From sequence record PP885688.1: DNA of 64,000 bases; one strand, 5' to 3'. The position numbers were made by a program, and so were the translations under genes. The notes below the pieces were generated by a model that saw only the letters and a list, made by a program, of their open reading frames with translations, did not search any database and was not told the origin of the DNA. Of this stretch, positions 9,900-19,739 are shown in pieces. Each line of letters starts with the position of its first letter. The stretch's first letter is position 1.

Positions 9900-12336
9900 G
9901 CACAAGAACAGACCGGCATCGAAGAAGCCTGCAACCAAGCCTGCGAATACCCCAAAGGCAACCAAGCAGGAGAAGTTCTTCTCCGCCGGACGCTACACGA
10001 CCGTGGATGACAACGGGCAGGTGAACCATAACCTGGCTTCGCTGACTCGCATGGCCGCCGCCCGCCGCGCCCGCCAGACCAAGACCGCCGGACTCTTTGA
10101 AGACGGCAACCTTGGACCCTCAAACATCGCCGATTCCAATAACATCGGCTACTACTCCTATCAGTTCCCGGTTGACGCGCTGGAGATGCCAGCCTCCCGT
10201 GCTGAGGAGCTGGAGTTCTATCGCCTCGCCTACACCCGCGACCCAATCGTAGCTCGCGCCATCGACCTGCACACCGAACTTCCGCTCTCGAAGATGAAGC
10301 TGGAGAAGTCGAAGTGTTCGGTCGAATCGTTCTCGGACTATGTGTTCGATTACTTCCAGCGTCTGGTCAACGATACCCGATTCTTTTCTGAGCTGATTCA
10401 GGCAACCCGCGAGTACCACACCGTGGGAGAGGCATTCCTGTTCATCGAGCAGCCAGAGCACTACATGAATTTGAAGCTGAGCCCGACGACCGCCAAGGCG
10501 CTCAAGCGTGGCCGTGGCTTCCAGGCTGGTGTTAGCCCCATGACCGAAGCCGCCAATGGCGACCTAGTGGGTCAGGACATCCTTCCGGACTTCATTACCG
10601 CCCGTGGTAAACAGTCCTCGCTGAACGCGAAGGCGAAGGTCCAGGCGATGCAGCTGAAGTTCGCCGATGCCGGTGTCAGCTTCTCGGAAGACGAAGACCC
10701 CGATGACGTGCAGCGCGTGATTGTCCGCCGCCGTGCCAAGCTCTCCAAGCTGCTCAAGAAGCAGATCCGTGACCTCCGTGTTGCGGCGCTCGTAGAAGAG
10801 AGTATCAAGAAGGAAGCCGCAGCCAAGTTTGCGGCGCTGAAGGTTGCGGCCCCAGGTGATGAGCCTGCGCCTGCAGCTGACGCGCCTGCCCCCGACGCCG
10901 CGCCCGACGCCGGAGCCGTTGATGCTGGTGCTCCTGATGCCGGTGTGGATGGTGCTGAGGGTGCAGACGGCGGTCTCGACAATCTCGAGGCTGGCGGCGA
11001 TCTCGGTGGCGCTGACTTCGGTGGTGGCGGTGGTTTCGGAGGCGGTGGTGGCGGCGGAGCAACGATCCCGGGCGACATGGCCGAGGCTGCGGATGCTGCT
11101 GTCACAACAGTCGAGACAGCCAAGCGCGATCGCGAGATCAACGACCTCAAGCGTTACATCCACCTGTTGGAGCGCAAGAAGGAACTGCTCGAAGAGCTCA
11201 AGGACCTGGTCGAGAAGCGTCGTCTGGAGAAGGAGATCTTCTCGCACGTGGTCAACGAGGACTACGAAGGCTTCGACCGCATTCAGATCCTCCAGCCCGA
11301 GCGCATCACGATCACGAACGAAAACGGCGAAGAGCCGATGATCACCTACAAGCCGAGCGACGGCGAGAAGATGGGCTACCTCGAAGACGATGAGGTTCCA
11401 CAGGCGACTAAGGACATGCTGGAAGAGCAGGGTCTGATCCCTCTCAACACCAATCCTTTCGCTGGCTCCTATGTTCTCCACTTCGCGCGTAAGAAGTCCG
11501 GCTACGAGCTCCACGGGCGTTCGGCGCTGCAGTCCTGCATGCGTTCGATCATCTACCGTGAGAAGCTGCGCCAGGTACAGACCACACTCGCCAGCCGCAA
11601 CATGACGCCGAAGACGCTGATCACGGCCCCCGGTACCTCTGAGGTCCAGATCGCTCAGCTCCGCGCTCACGCCGACGAAGCGAAGTCCGATCCGGATTAC
11701 ACGATCGTTACAAACTACGACGTGACCTGGAACGAGATCGACTCCCAGTCGCGTCTGCTCAACCTCTCGGACGAGTGGCAGCACACCAACTCGAACCTCG
11801 CCATCGGCCTCGGCTTCTCGCCCGAGATCCTGATCGGTGAAGGCATGTACGGCAACAACCGCATTCAGCTCGACATGATGGGCGTGACCTACACCCAGTT
11901 CCGCGAAGAGCTGTCGGACATGATCGAGAACAAGATCTTCAAACCGATTGCGATGCTCAAGGGTTTCTATGAGAACGACAACTACGGTCGTCCTCGTTGG
12001 ATCTACCCCAAGATCAGCTTCGGTGCGCTCGCTCTGCGGGACTCGAACGACCTCTACGAGATGCTCTTCAATCTCTACTCGAAGGGTTCGCTGCCGGTCT
12101 CCTCGATCTACGAACTCCTCGGCCTCGATGCAGAGACGGTATCGCGTCAGCTCGAAGATGACCTGTTCTCGGTACGCGACTCGAAGTTCAACGAAGCTCT
12201 CGGCTCGACCTACAACAACATCGGCGCAGAGCTGATCGCCAAGACCGACATCGTCAACCGTCTGGCGAAGAGCATGAACCTGAAAGAAGAAGTTCCGGAT
12301 CCCAACGCGATGGAAGGTTCCGGGGAGGGTATGTAA
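9889..12336 (+). CDS. Portal protein with low-complexity insertion
   Basis: YTRDPIVARAIDLHTELP, HFARKKSGYELHGRSALQS and LAIGLGFSPEILIGEG segments typical of phage portals. Confidence 0.75.
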   Translation: MANRHKNRPASKKPATKPANTPKATKQEKFFSAGRYTTVDDNGQVNHNLASLTRMAAARRARQTKTAGLFEDGNLGPSNIADSNNIGYYSYQFPVDALEMPASRAEELEFYRLAYTRDPIVARAIDLHTELPLSKMKLEKSKCSVESFSDYVFDYFQRLVNDTRFFSELIQATREYHTVGEAFLFIEQPEHYMNLKLSPTTAKALKRGRGFQAGVSPMTEAANGDLVGQDILPDFITARGKQSSLNAKAKVQAMQLKFADAGVSFSEDEDPDDVQRVIVRRRAKLSKLLKKQIRDLRVAALVEESIKKEAAAKFAALKVAAPGDEPAPAADAPAPDAAPDAGAVDAGAPDAGVDGAEGADGGLDNLEAGGDLGGADFGGGGGFGGGGGGGATIPGDMAEAADAAVTTVETAKRDREINDLKRYIHLLERKKELLEELKDLVEKRRLEKEIFSHVVNEDYEGFDRIQILQPERITITNENGEEPMITYKPSDGEKMGYLEDDEVPQATKDMLEEQGLIPLNTNPFAGSYVLHFARKKSGYELHGRSALQSCMRSIIYREKLRQVQTTLASRNMTPKTLITAPGTSEVQIAQLRAHADEAKSDPDYTIVTNYDVTWNEIDSQSRLLNLSDEWQHTNSNLAIGLGFSPEILIGEGMYGNNRIQLDMMGVTYTQFREELSDMIENKIFKPIAMLKGFYENDNYGRPRWIYPKISFGALALRDSNDLYEMLFNLYSKGSLPVSSIYELLGLDAETVSRQLEDDLFSVRDSKFNEALGSTYNNIGAELIAKTDIVNRLAKSMNLKEEVPDPNAMEGSGEGM

Positions 12337-12372
12337 ATGACTCTTCACCCGAAGCACGGGGAGGCCATATAG

Positions 12373-15162
12373 ATGGCCACAGTCCCCTTTCCTGGCGTAT
12401 GGTCCTCGAACACTCAGCTCACTGGTAACTCCGTCTTCGTCATCGACGGCAACGGAACCGTGTGGTTGATCGGAAACTCCACCGAGACAGGTGCGGCTCT
12501 CTTCTCCTCTCCTGCAGGCGCGACCAGCTTCACCCAGATCGTTGCGATTCCGAACGTTGAGAGTGCGGACCTGGCCTTCGATCCCGCGATTGCAATCGAC
12601 GCGGACGGAACTCTCCACTTCATCGGACAGACCCGTAGCAACGGGATCGTCACCCTGGTGAAGTTCGACTACAACCCAGCGACCTCCGTACTCTCCGGCC
12701 CCTTCACGGTCAACACCAACGGTTATGTCGGATCTGACTACGACATCGTCGCGCTGGCGAACGGAAACTGCTACGTCGCATCCTGCCTGATCACACCTTC
12801 GACCGAGACCATCTCCGGAATGGAGATCAACGCCGCCGGAGAGGTCCTCAACACCGACGTCCTGATCACTCAGCCTCTCGAAATCGGCAACCGCTATGGA
12901 TCCGTGTCGCTCTGGACACCAGACGGCGTCGCGGTCGAGATCTATCTCTGCTTCGAGCCCAAGTCCTTCGTCTTCGCTGACTCCCTTGTATCGATCGCCC
13001 TCGCCATTCGCACCTCTGCGGGCAACGTCACCGCCCCCGCAGTTCTAACCACCATCTCAGCACGCTATGTAGCTGGTCGGCTGACGGTGCTGGGTAATCT
13101 CACCGAGCGTTACATCGCGCAGTGCTACTACACCCAGCTCCGTGGCCAGCTCGTCAGCAATCTGCTCGTCGGCCATCTCGCCCTCGGCGCTACTGCATGG
13201 GATTTCAAGGCGCTGACCGGCGCTGTCCAATCGTCCTACCTTGAGCCAACACTCTCTTTCTCCTCCGCTGGTCTGGTACTGGCGATCATCGGTGGGGATG
13301 CGAACAACTTCGCCAAGGGTGGGCCGGTGATGTTGTTCGACCTCAACCCCAACGGCTGGGTGCTGACCCCGCGTACCGACTTCCCGTATCCCGCGTTCGC
13401 GACCTGGCTGCGTGGTGCAAAGTCGATTCTGCCGGACGGCATGCCGTGGGGATTCCTCGCCCAGGACTCCGCAAGTGGCGTCGCCCGCTTCTACACCGGC
13501 TTCAATGCGCCACCGATCGCTGAGATCGAACCGACCACCGTGACGGCACAACGCAATGTCGTCTATGAGTTCGACGCCAGCGACAGCTCCGACATCAACC
13601 TCGACATTCTGAGCTTCGCCTGGAGCCTCAACGATCCGACCGGCAAAGCAGTCTTCCTTCCAGATGGAGAGACCGCGAGCGTCATGCTGCCCGCATCAAT
13701 CGGCCCTGCTGCTGAGACGGTCACCCTTACGGTGTCCGTCACCGACGTCACCGCCGACGGTGCACCGCTCCACGCCATCCCATCGACCGCTGTCGCCACG
13801 CTGACCTACCCCTTCATCCCCGCGCCTCAGATCGCAAGCCCCGGTATCCTTCAGGCAGCGCGTAACAGTCAGCTCCGTATCTCCCCGGTGATCACGCTCA
13901 GCCCGTTTGTGAGCGCCACCTACGCGTGGACCCAGACCGGCGGTACCCCAGTCGAGTTTCTCTCCTCAGCCGACTTCTCCAGTCTGCTCATCCAGACCAA
14001 TGGAGCCGCGATCGGTGGGGAAGCTCTCCTGTTCAAGATCACCGTCAACGACGGCATCAACGTACCGGTCTCTTCGACGATCGAAGTGCATGTGGCCGCT
14101 CGTCCCGCAACTGGCGAGACCGACACGCTCGCGCGTTCCACATACTCTGGCAACATCTCGCAGCGCAACACGCCGAAGACCTGGTCCGACCCTGTGGCCT
14201 CGACGACCATCACCAACTTCATCGAGACCAAGCGTGCCCCTCTGACACCCACGGTGGACGAGAACGGTGTGATGACCGTCGACCAGCTCGGCAGCTACAT
14301 CATGATCGGACCGGAGGCGGTGCTCGTTCAGCGCCGAGGTGTCAGCTACCACACCCTCACGCCCGATCCGACGAAGACGATCCTCGACGCGGAGCACTCC
14401 TTCCTCGACGAGACCATCCTGCTCACCAGTGACGGCTTGCTTCTGCAGATCTTCCCGAACGCGGCGCACACCGACACCGACAATGCTGCGGCGACGATCG
14501 ACATCTCCAACATCATCGACTCACCCTTCATCCGCGTGTCAGCGACGCCTCCGTTCATGGGAGAGCGCGTACTCTTTCTGTCCGGCACCTCTGGTGTCCT
14601 CCTGCTACAGGTGGACGGAACCTTCGATGTGACCGGCAGCCTCTTCCTCTCCTCGAACGGTGAGCATCTCTACGGAGCCTCTGACGTGCAGTGGGTCAAG
14701 TCGACCGGCGTTGAAGATCTTCACTCCGGTGTGCTGCTGATTGGTACGCTTGACTCTCAGGGTCACAGCTTCGAGACGGAGTTCCAGCTGTCGAACCGCT
14801 CTGTCACAGCAACGTGGGATGCCTCCAAGCTGCGCAACCAGACCGTCACCACCGGCGAGCTGCTCTTCGATCCGCTCGATGGGTACTCTGGCCTGCCGAT
14901 GCCTCCCGTGCTTGGTCTCCCGGTCCTGTCCAAGGGATCCATCCAGCTGTCATGGACGCAGGACCGCCTGGATCTGGTCTCCGGCTACTCCGTACTTCTG
15001 ACGACCAACGACTTCACCAGCACTCTGGTAAGTATCGGCTCCGGCGACATCACCACGATCTCGGTGACTCTGCCGACGGGTGCGAACTACGTCTTTGAGA
15101 TCGTGGCGCACTCGCTCGACGGTGATTCTGGCCGATCGAACCCCGCCTCGATAACAATCTGA
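12373..15162 (+). CDS. Virion-associated beta-rich protein (propeller-like, PKD/Ig-like and FN3 domains)
   Basis: FDASDSSD...FAWS and YAWTQTGG...FKITVNDG PKD-like motifs; C-terminal FN3-like LSW...GYSV...YVFEIVA. Confidence 0.6.
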   Translation: MATVPFPGVWSSNTQLTGNSVFVIDGNGTVWLIGNSTETGAALFSSPAGATSFTQIVAIPNVESADLAFDPAIAIDADGTLHFIGQTRSNGIVTLVKFDYNPATSVLSGPFTVNTNGYVGSDYDIVALANGNCYVASCLITPSTETISGMEINAAGEVLNTDVLITQPLEIGNRYGSVSLWTPDGVAVEIYLCFEPKSFVFADSLVSIALAIRTSAGNVTAPAVLTTISARYVAGRLTVLGNLTERYIAQCYYTQLRGQLVSNLLVGHLALGATAWDFKALTGAVQSSYLEPTLSFSSAGLVLAIIGGDANNFAKGGPVMLFDLNPNGWVLTPRTDFPYPAFATWLRGAKSILPDGMPWGFLAQDSASGVARFYTGFNAPPIAEIEPTTVTAQRNVVYEFDASDSSDINLDILSFAWSLNDPTGKAVFLPDGETASVMLPASIGPAAETVTLTVSVTDVTADGAPLHAIPSTAVATLTYPFIPAPQIASPGILQAARNSQLRISPVITLSPFVSATYAWTQTGGTPVEFLSSADFSSLLIQTNGAAIGGEALLFKITVNDGINVPVSSTIEVHVAARPATGETDTLARSTYSGNISQRNTPKTWSDPVASTTITNFIETKRAPLTPTVDENGVMTVDQLGSYIMIGPEAVLVQRRGVSYHTLTPDPTKTILDAEHSFLDETILLTSDGLLLQIFPNAAHTDTDNAAATIDISNIIDSPFIRVSATPPFMGERVLFLSGTSGVLLLQVDGTFDVTGSLFLSSNGEHLYGASDVQWVKSTGVEDLHSGVLLIGTLDSQGHSFETEFQLSNRSVTATWDASKLRNQTVTTGELLFDPLDGYSGLPMPPVLGLPVLSKGSIQLSWTQDRLDLVSGYSVLLTTNDFTSTLVSIGSGDITTISVTLPTGANYVFEIVAHSLDGDSGRSNPASITI

Positions 15163-15168
15163 ACTCAG

Positions 15169-15201
15169 TATTGGGTGAAGGGGCCGCGAGGAGGGTATTA
15201 G
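15169..15201 (+). promoter_or_regulatory. Class 1 promoter (TATT-N20-GGGTATTAG)
   Basis: Motif match. Confidence 0.8.
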
Positions 15202-15226
15202 CTCCTGTTGAGGTCCGTTTATCCGC

Positions 15227-16255
15227 ATGCAAGTTTCTAAAGGTTCGCTCTCCAAGATCATCAAGACTATCGACGCCTTCGACCTCACCGGCTCCCCGTT
15301 CGTGGGCATGCAGTGGGGTGAGGCTGGACCTCTGTTTCACCGCGCCGGTCCGGCTGGCTACGTCGAATCGATCGGGTACAAGCCCGGCCCTCCCTCACTC
15401 GTGATCTCAATCACGCATCTGAAGGAGACCCTCGCCCGCTTCGACGATGACATGATCGACATGAGTCAGGATCGCAGCGGCGTGCTGGTGCTAGAAAGCG
15501 TCGGCAGCGCCTTCGGGACGACTCTGCATGTCCACACGGTACGTTCGAACGTGACCTGGGCCCAGACACACAACCCCGGAGAGAGAACGGTACGGCTTGA
15601 GCCGACCGCCTTCGCCGGGATCAACACCTCACCCTTCAAGCTGGCCTCCGCGCCGGTCCTCCGCCAGGGCAAGCTGATGCTCGCCACCGACTACGGCATC
15701 ATCATGCGTTCGCAGGTGCCGGTCGAGGCCTATCCCTATCCGCGCGAGTCCTTCCTGCGCACGATCTCTCCACTGGCGATCGAGGACCTCTTCCTGACCC
15801 AAGCCGGTTACTGGAGTGCCCTCGCTGGCGGCTTCCGCATCATGATCTCCGGCCACCGCACCGGCGATCCTTTCTTCGACATGTACAACCGTGGTGCCGA
15901 GACGCTGGCTGAGATCCCCGCCGCCCGTCTGACCTCCGCTGTGGGCCATGCCGCCGCCATCGCCACCGCCGCCAAGAAGTCCCGCGTCACCTTCGACCCT
16001 ACGCTCGGTCTGGTGGTCGTCGACGGCTACGGCAACGAGGGTAAGTTCGCCCTGGGTACCTCGGCGGCGTGGGAGCGGTTCTCGGTCCCATCCCAGACGG
16101 CCTCCACTCTAGCCGATGTCCTGAAGCAGGGAACCGAGGAGACAGCGCTCCTGCAGCTTGTCGAACCCGGTACCCTGCGCATCACCCGGGGGCTCTGGGA
16201 GGTCTCTTTCAAAATCTTCGCCTCAAATTCATCTCACGACGTTTCTGGTTTGTAG
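15227..16255 (+). CDS. Divergent beta sliding clamp-like protein
   Basis: 342 aa; MQVSKGSLSKII N-terminus and repeated helix/strand pattern resemble DnaN; dnaX present in window. Confidence 0.45.
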   Translation: MQVSKGSLSKIIKTIDAFDLTGSPFVGMQWGEAGPLFHRAGPAGYVESIGYKPGPPSLVISITHLKETLARFDDDMIDMSQDRSGVLVLESVGSAFGTTLHVHTVRSNVTWAQTHNPGERTVRLEPTAFAGINTSPFKLASAPVLRQGKLMLATDYGIIMRSQVPVEAYPYPRESFLRTISPLAIEDLFLTQAGYWSALAGGFRIMISGHRTGDPFFDMYNRGAETLAEIPAARLTSAVGHAAAIATAAKKSRVTFDPTLGLVVVDGYGNEGKFALGTSAAWERFSVPSQTASTLADVLKQGTEETALLQLVEPGTLRITRGLWEVSFKIFASNSSHDVSGL

Positions 16256-16260
16256 GTTGA
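16228..16260 (+). promoter_or_regulatory. Class 2 promoter (TTCATCTCA-N15-GTAGGTTGA)
   Basis: Motif repeated 9 times with a 15-nt spacer. Confidence 0.75.
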
Positions 16261-16278
16261 GAAAGAGAGGCCTACTAA

Positions 16279-18090
16279 ATGTTTGCAGATAATCCCGACT
16301 TCTTCCCGACGCCACGCGCCATCGCCCGCAGGATGATGGCCAAGATCACGAACAAGGATGCGAAGTACTTCCTTGAGCCTAGCGCCGGGAAGGGCGACAT
16401 TGCGGACGTTATCCGGAACCCGACCACCTTCCAGGAGTTCGAGGCAGAGAACCCGGCCTACGCTGCCCGCAACCGCAGCAAGGGATACGACGGCCACGGC
16501 TGGGGAAATGCCAACTCGCGCGTCAAGGTCGACGTCGTCGAGAGCTACCCGGATCTCATCTCCGTTCTACGCGGTAAGGAATTCGACGTCGTCGGTTACG
16601 ACTGGCTCACCTACGAAGGTGTCAGCTACTACGACGCGATCATCATGAACCCACCGTTCAGCAGTGGCGCGAAGCACCTGCTCAAGGCGTGGGAGTTTAT
16701 TCATCACGGCGAGATTGTCTGCCTCCTCAACGAAGAGACAGTAAAGAACCTCTGCAGCGAGGAGCGCGTCCGTTTGTCTCAGATCATCGAGCAGTTCGGT
16801 AACGTCGAGTTCCTCGGCGACTGCTTCGCCACCGCTGAGCGCCAGACCGGCGTCAACGTCGTGATGGTCTACCTGAAGAAGGTAGCCCCTGACGACACCG
16901 CAGACCTTTGGGCCAAGGACGTCACCCAGGAGAAGCACGCTGGGATCGAGTTCGAGGGCGACATCAACTTCCTCGCCGTCCGTGACAACCTCGGCAACAT
17001 GGAACACTGGTTCAACATGGCGAACGAGCATTTTATGCAGGCCATCCAGCACATCCGCAAGGCACAGATCTATATGCGCCAGAACAAGGTCAGCGATCGC
17101 TCCTACGGCGACGGCGAGAAGGTCGGAATCGAGAAGATCCTCACGATGGCGCTGGAAAACTCTCACACCAGCCGGGCCGAGTTCCTCCGTGCTCACCGCC
17201 GGTGGGCCTGGACGAGCGTCTTCGAGCAGATGGAGTTTGGCCGCTGGCTGGACAGTAAGCAGAAGGAAAAGTTCATGCGCGACGTGCAGCGTGACAGCAC
17301 CATCCCGTTCACCGCACAGAATATCCGGACGACGCTCGACAACGTGTTTGGCTCGCGCAAGAAGCTGTTCGACGAGAGCGTAGCCCGAGTGTTCGATGAG
17401 CTCTGCAGCCACGCCGTCGAGAACGGCGAGGGACCGATCATCCCAGAGAAGATCAAGAATCACCGTGGATCTGAGGGCTGGAAGACCAACGACAACTTCA
17501 AGGTCAACAAGCGGCTTGTCTTCCCATACGGAGTAGAGATGGGACACAGCGGAAGCCTGCGGCAGCGAGGCTACGGTTCCAGCACGAGCTCCACGGTCTG
17601 CCTTGACCTCGACCGCATCCTCTGCGTCCTTGACGGTAAGCCGTTTGATAAGTGCTACACCGTAGGGAAGGCGATCGACAACGCCAAGCCGGGAGAGTTG
17701 GTCGAGTCAGATTACTTCGAGATTCGCGGGTACAAGAAGGGCACGCTACACCTCAAGTGGAAGAGTGAGGAGCTCTGGGAGCGCTTCAACCTGACGGCAG
17801 CAGCCGGGAAGAAGTGGCTCGGCGAAGATACCCAGCAGTACCGCCCGAAGAAGCGCAAGGACGGCGACGAGGCTGAGAACTGGCAGTGCAGAAGCAGTCA
17901 CAAGTTCGTCAACGGTGAGTGCGAGCGCTGCGAGGCTCCCGAGATCGACGAGGTGGAAGCGGTTGAGTGTGACTACTGCCGTGCGATCTTCGAGCACACC
18001 GGTCGCAAGAGCTGCCCCATCCACGAGGAGGTGTTACCCGCCCTCCAGGACGGATTCGCCCCTAACGAGTCGCAGCTACTCCTCGCGTAG
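16279..18090 (+). CDS. SAM-dependent amino-methyltransferase, DUF4942-type, with C-terminal Cys-rich tail
   Basis: FFPTP, LEPSAGKG (motif I), IIMNPPF (motif IV), WKTNDNFKVNKRLVFP. Confidence 0.8.
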   Translation: MFADNPDFFPTPRAIARRMMAKITNKDAKYFLEPSAGKGDIADVIRNPTTFQEFEAENPAYAARNRSKGYDGHGWGNANSRVKVDVVESYPDLISVLRGKEFDVVGYDWLTYEGVSYYDAIIMNPPFSSGAKHLLKAWEFIHHGEIVCLLNEETVKNLCSEERVRLSQIIEQFGNVEFLGDCFATAERQTGVNVVMVYLKKVAPDDTADLWAKDVTQEKHAGIEFEGDINFLAVRDNLGNMEHWFNMANEHFMQAIQHIRKAQIYMRQNKVSDRSYGDGEKVGIEKILTMALENSHTSRAEFLRAHRRWAWTSVFEQMEFGRWLDSKQKEKFMRDVQRDSTIPFTAQNIRTTLDNVFGSRKKLFDESVARVFDELCSHAVENGEGPIIPEKIKNHRGSEGWKTNDNFKVNKRLVFPYGVEMGHSGSLRQRGYGSSTSSTVCLDLDRILCVLDGKPFDKCYTVGKAIDNAKPGELVESDYFEIRGYKKGTLHLKWKSEELWERFNLTAAAGKKWLGEDTQQYRPKKRKDGDEAENWQCRSSHKFVNGECERCEAPEIDEVEAVECDYCRAIFEHTGRKSCPIHEEVLPALQDGFAPNESQLLLA

Positions 18091-18094
18091 CAAG

Positions 18095-18121
18095 TTCCTT
18101 CCCTCGATATTGGGGGAAGGG
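18095..18121 (+). repeat. 27-bp direct repeat copy 1 (TTCCTTCCCTCGATATTGGGGGAAGGG)
   Basis: Identical to 18998-19024; forms a hairpin with GATATT in the loop. Confidence 0.9.
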
Positions 18122-18140
18122 ACCCCTGCTTGGGTATTAC
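18108..18140 (+). promoter_or_regulatory. Class 1 promoter (TATT-N20-GGGTATTAC)
   Basis: Motif match. Confidence 0.8.
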
Positions 18141-18162
18141 CTACAGGAATCTTTCTCCCAAT

Positions 18163-18195
18163 TTCATCTTTCGCGGATTTTGGTCCGTAGGTTGA
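18163..18195 (+). promoter_or_regulatory. Class 2 promoter, leaderless ATG 4 nt downstream
   Basis: TTCATCTTT-N15-GTAGGTTGA-GGAT-ATG. Confidence 0.8.
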
Positions 18196-18199
18196 GGAT

Positions 18200-18667
18200 A
18201 TGAGCACCCAAGTTACTGTAAACGTCGAACTTCACCTCTCCCCGTCGTCCGATCTCCCCCGCCTCTACGGGAAGAAGATCAAAGCAGCCGGTGGAAAGTA
18301 CAGCGAGTGCCGTGGATTAGTCCACCGCCGCTACGTTACGCTCCCTGCGACGGCGACCGAGCTGATCGACACCCTCACTTGGGAGTTTGCCGGTGGCCCG
18401 TTCAGCGGCAAGAAGCCAAAGGTCCTAATGATCGCGCGTGAGGAAGGTGTTTCCGCGCACCTTCCAGCCCACCTTATCTGCTACGAGTGGGTTCAGGGCA
18501 GCGGTGTGAATGCTACCGACTACTTCAACAAGCGTTACACCGAAGCCCGCCTTCGGAACCCGATCGTCGAGCCCATCAAGGTTCATCCGCGCATCGCTCT
18601 TGAGAACCAGCTCGCCGTGGCCAAGGAAACTGTCGCTCGGCTCGAAGCGGAATTGGCGACCCTGTAA
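18200..18667 (+). CDS. Hypothetical protein
   Basis: ORF directly after class 2 promoter. Confidence 0.7.
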   Translation: MSTQVTVNVELHLSPSSDLPRLYGKKIKAAGGKYSECRGLVHRRYVTLPATATELIDTLTWEFAGGPFSGKKPKVLMIAREEGVSAHLPAHLICYEWVQGSGVNATDYFNKRYTEARLRNPIVEPIKVHPRIALENQLAVAKETVARLEAELATL

Positions 18668-18858
18668 TGGCAGACACCAAGTGCCTCGTCCTGGTCACCA
18701 ACGAACACGGGGTCCTATCCACCTACGTGAAGGACAACAACGTAGAGGCTCTCACCCTCGCACACAAGCTGGCCGGTATGGGCATGTGGGGCAAAGAGTT
18801 TCGAGTCGAGATCATGGAAGCCAAACTACTCAGCTACATCTCCGTAAAGAGGACCTAA
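18667..18858 (+). CDS. Hypothetical protein
   Basis: TAATG coupling at both ends. Confidence 0.65.
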   Translation: MADTKCLVLVTNEHGVLSTYVKDNNVEALTLAHKLAGMGMWGKEFRVEIMEAKLLSYISVKRT

Positions 18859-18995
18859 TGTCACGTTTTTTGCTCTGGACCGCCAAGTTGGTCCTACTCA
18901 TCGCCGCCACGCCGCTCGGTCTGATCCTCGCTTGCGTACCACCGTTCAAGGGACCCCACGAGTGGTTCGAATTCTGTATCTACGAGCTGTTCTAA
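18858..18995 (+). CDS. Small membrane protein
   Basis: MSRFLLWTAKLVLLIAATPLGLILACV hydrophobic stretch; coupled start. Confidence 0.55.
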   Translation: MSRFLLWTAKLVLLIAATPLGLILACVPPFKGPHEWFEFCIYELF

Positions 18996-18997
18996 CT

Positions 18998-19024
18998 TTC
19001 CTTCCCTCGATATTGGGGGAAGGG
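18998..19024 (+). repeat. 27-bp direct repeat copy 2
   Basis: Identical to 18095-18121. Confidence 0.9.
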
Positions 19025-19043
19025 CTCTCAATTTGGGTATTAC
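19011..19043 (+). promoter_or_regulatory. Class 1 promoter (TATT-N20-GGGTATTAC)
   Basis: Motif match. Confidence 0.8.
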
Positions 19044-19046
19044 ATT

Positions 19047-19736
19047 TTGGCAGGTTACGGAGAATCGATCTTGGCGCATCTACAGACAGAACTCATTCAA
19101 ACGCGATCCCAGCTAGGCCGCATCGGCCAGCGTCGTGAGTACGAGCGCGAACAGCTGGAGAAGCAGAAGAGGCGCATGGTCGAGATCGAGGAGGAGAAGG
19201 TCGAGCTAGTCAAGGCGGTCGCTCTCATCGATGCCACAATCGGCGTGATCTCCGCCAACGGTATCGGCAAGATCGAGTCCACGGTCACCAATGGCCTGCG
19301 CCTCGTGTTCGACGATCAGACTCTCGCCTTCAAGATCCTTCAGAAGTCAGGGGAGAAGGGCAACAAGTACTACATCGAAGTCCAGAAGGGCGACCACGGT
19401 GGTCCGATCCTCGAGACCTTCGGCGGCGGCGTCGCTAACGTCGTATCCTTCCTGCTCCGCGTCATTATGGTGAAGCGGTTCAAGCTGGCCAAGTTCATGG
19501 TCTGCGACGAGAGCTTCAACAACGTCTCAGCCAAAGTTTTGCCTCGCGTCTCTGAGATGCTTCGCTCCCTGACAGGCGACAGCGGCTACACCATCCTCGC
19601 AGTCACCCACCAACCCATCCTCGCCTCGTCGGCAGACCACGTCTACAAGGTCGACCGGCTGTGGAATCAGAACGTCCCGTCACTGCGTGCGCTCACTGCA
19701 CAGCAGAAGGCGGAGATCGATGCAAACGGAGAGTAA
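19047..19736 (+). CDS. Rad50/SbcC-like ABC ATPase, C-terminal half only
   Basis: Coiled coil, signature-like FGGG, Walker B FMVCDESF, H-loop VTHQ; no Walker A. Confidence 0.75.
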   Translation: MAGYGESILAHLQTELIQTRSQLGRIGQRREYEREQLEKQKRRMVEIEEEKVELVKAVALIDATIGVISANGIGKIESTVTNGLRLVFDDQTLAFKILQKSGEKGNKYYIEVQKGDHGGPILETFGGGVANVVSFLLRVIMVKRFKLAKFMVCDESFNNVSAKVLPRVSEMLRSLTGDSGYTILAVTHQPILASSADHVYKVDRLWNQNVPSLRALTAQQKAEIDANGE

Positions 19737-19739
19737 CGA

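Noticed and set aside
1945-12372. CCATATA upstream of 2002 and 12373 as a late promoter
   Set aside because: Only two occurrences with no shared second element; insufficient
10564-12618. 684-aa minus-strand ORF
   Set aside because: Antisense shadow of the portal gene produced by high-GC codon bias; no SD, promoter or recognisable domain
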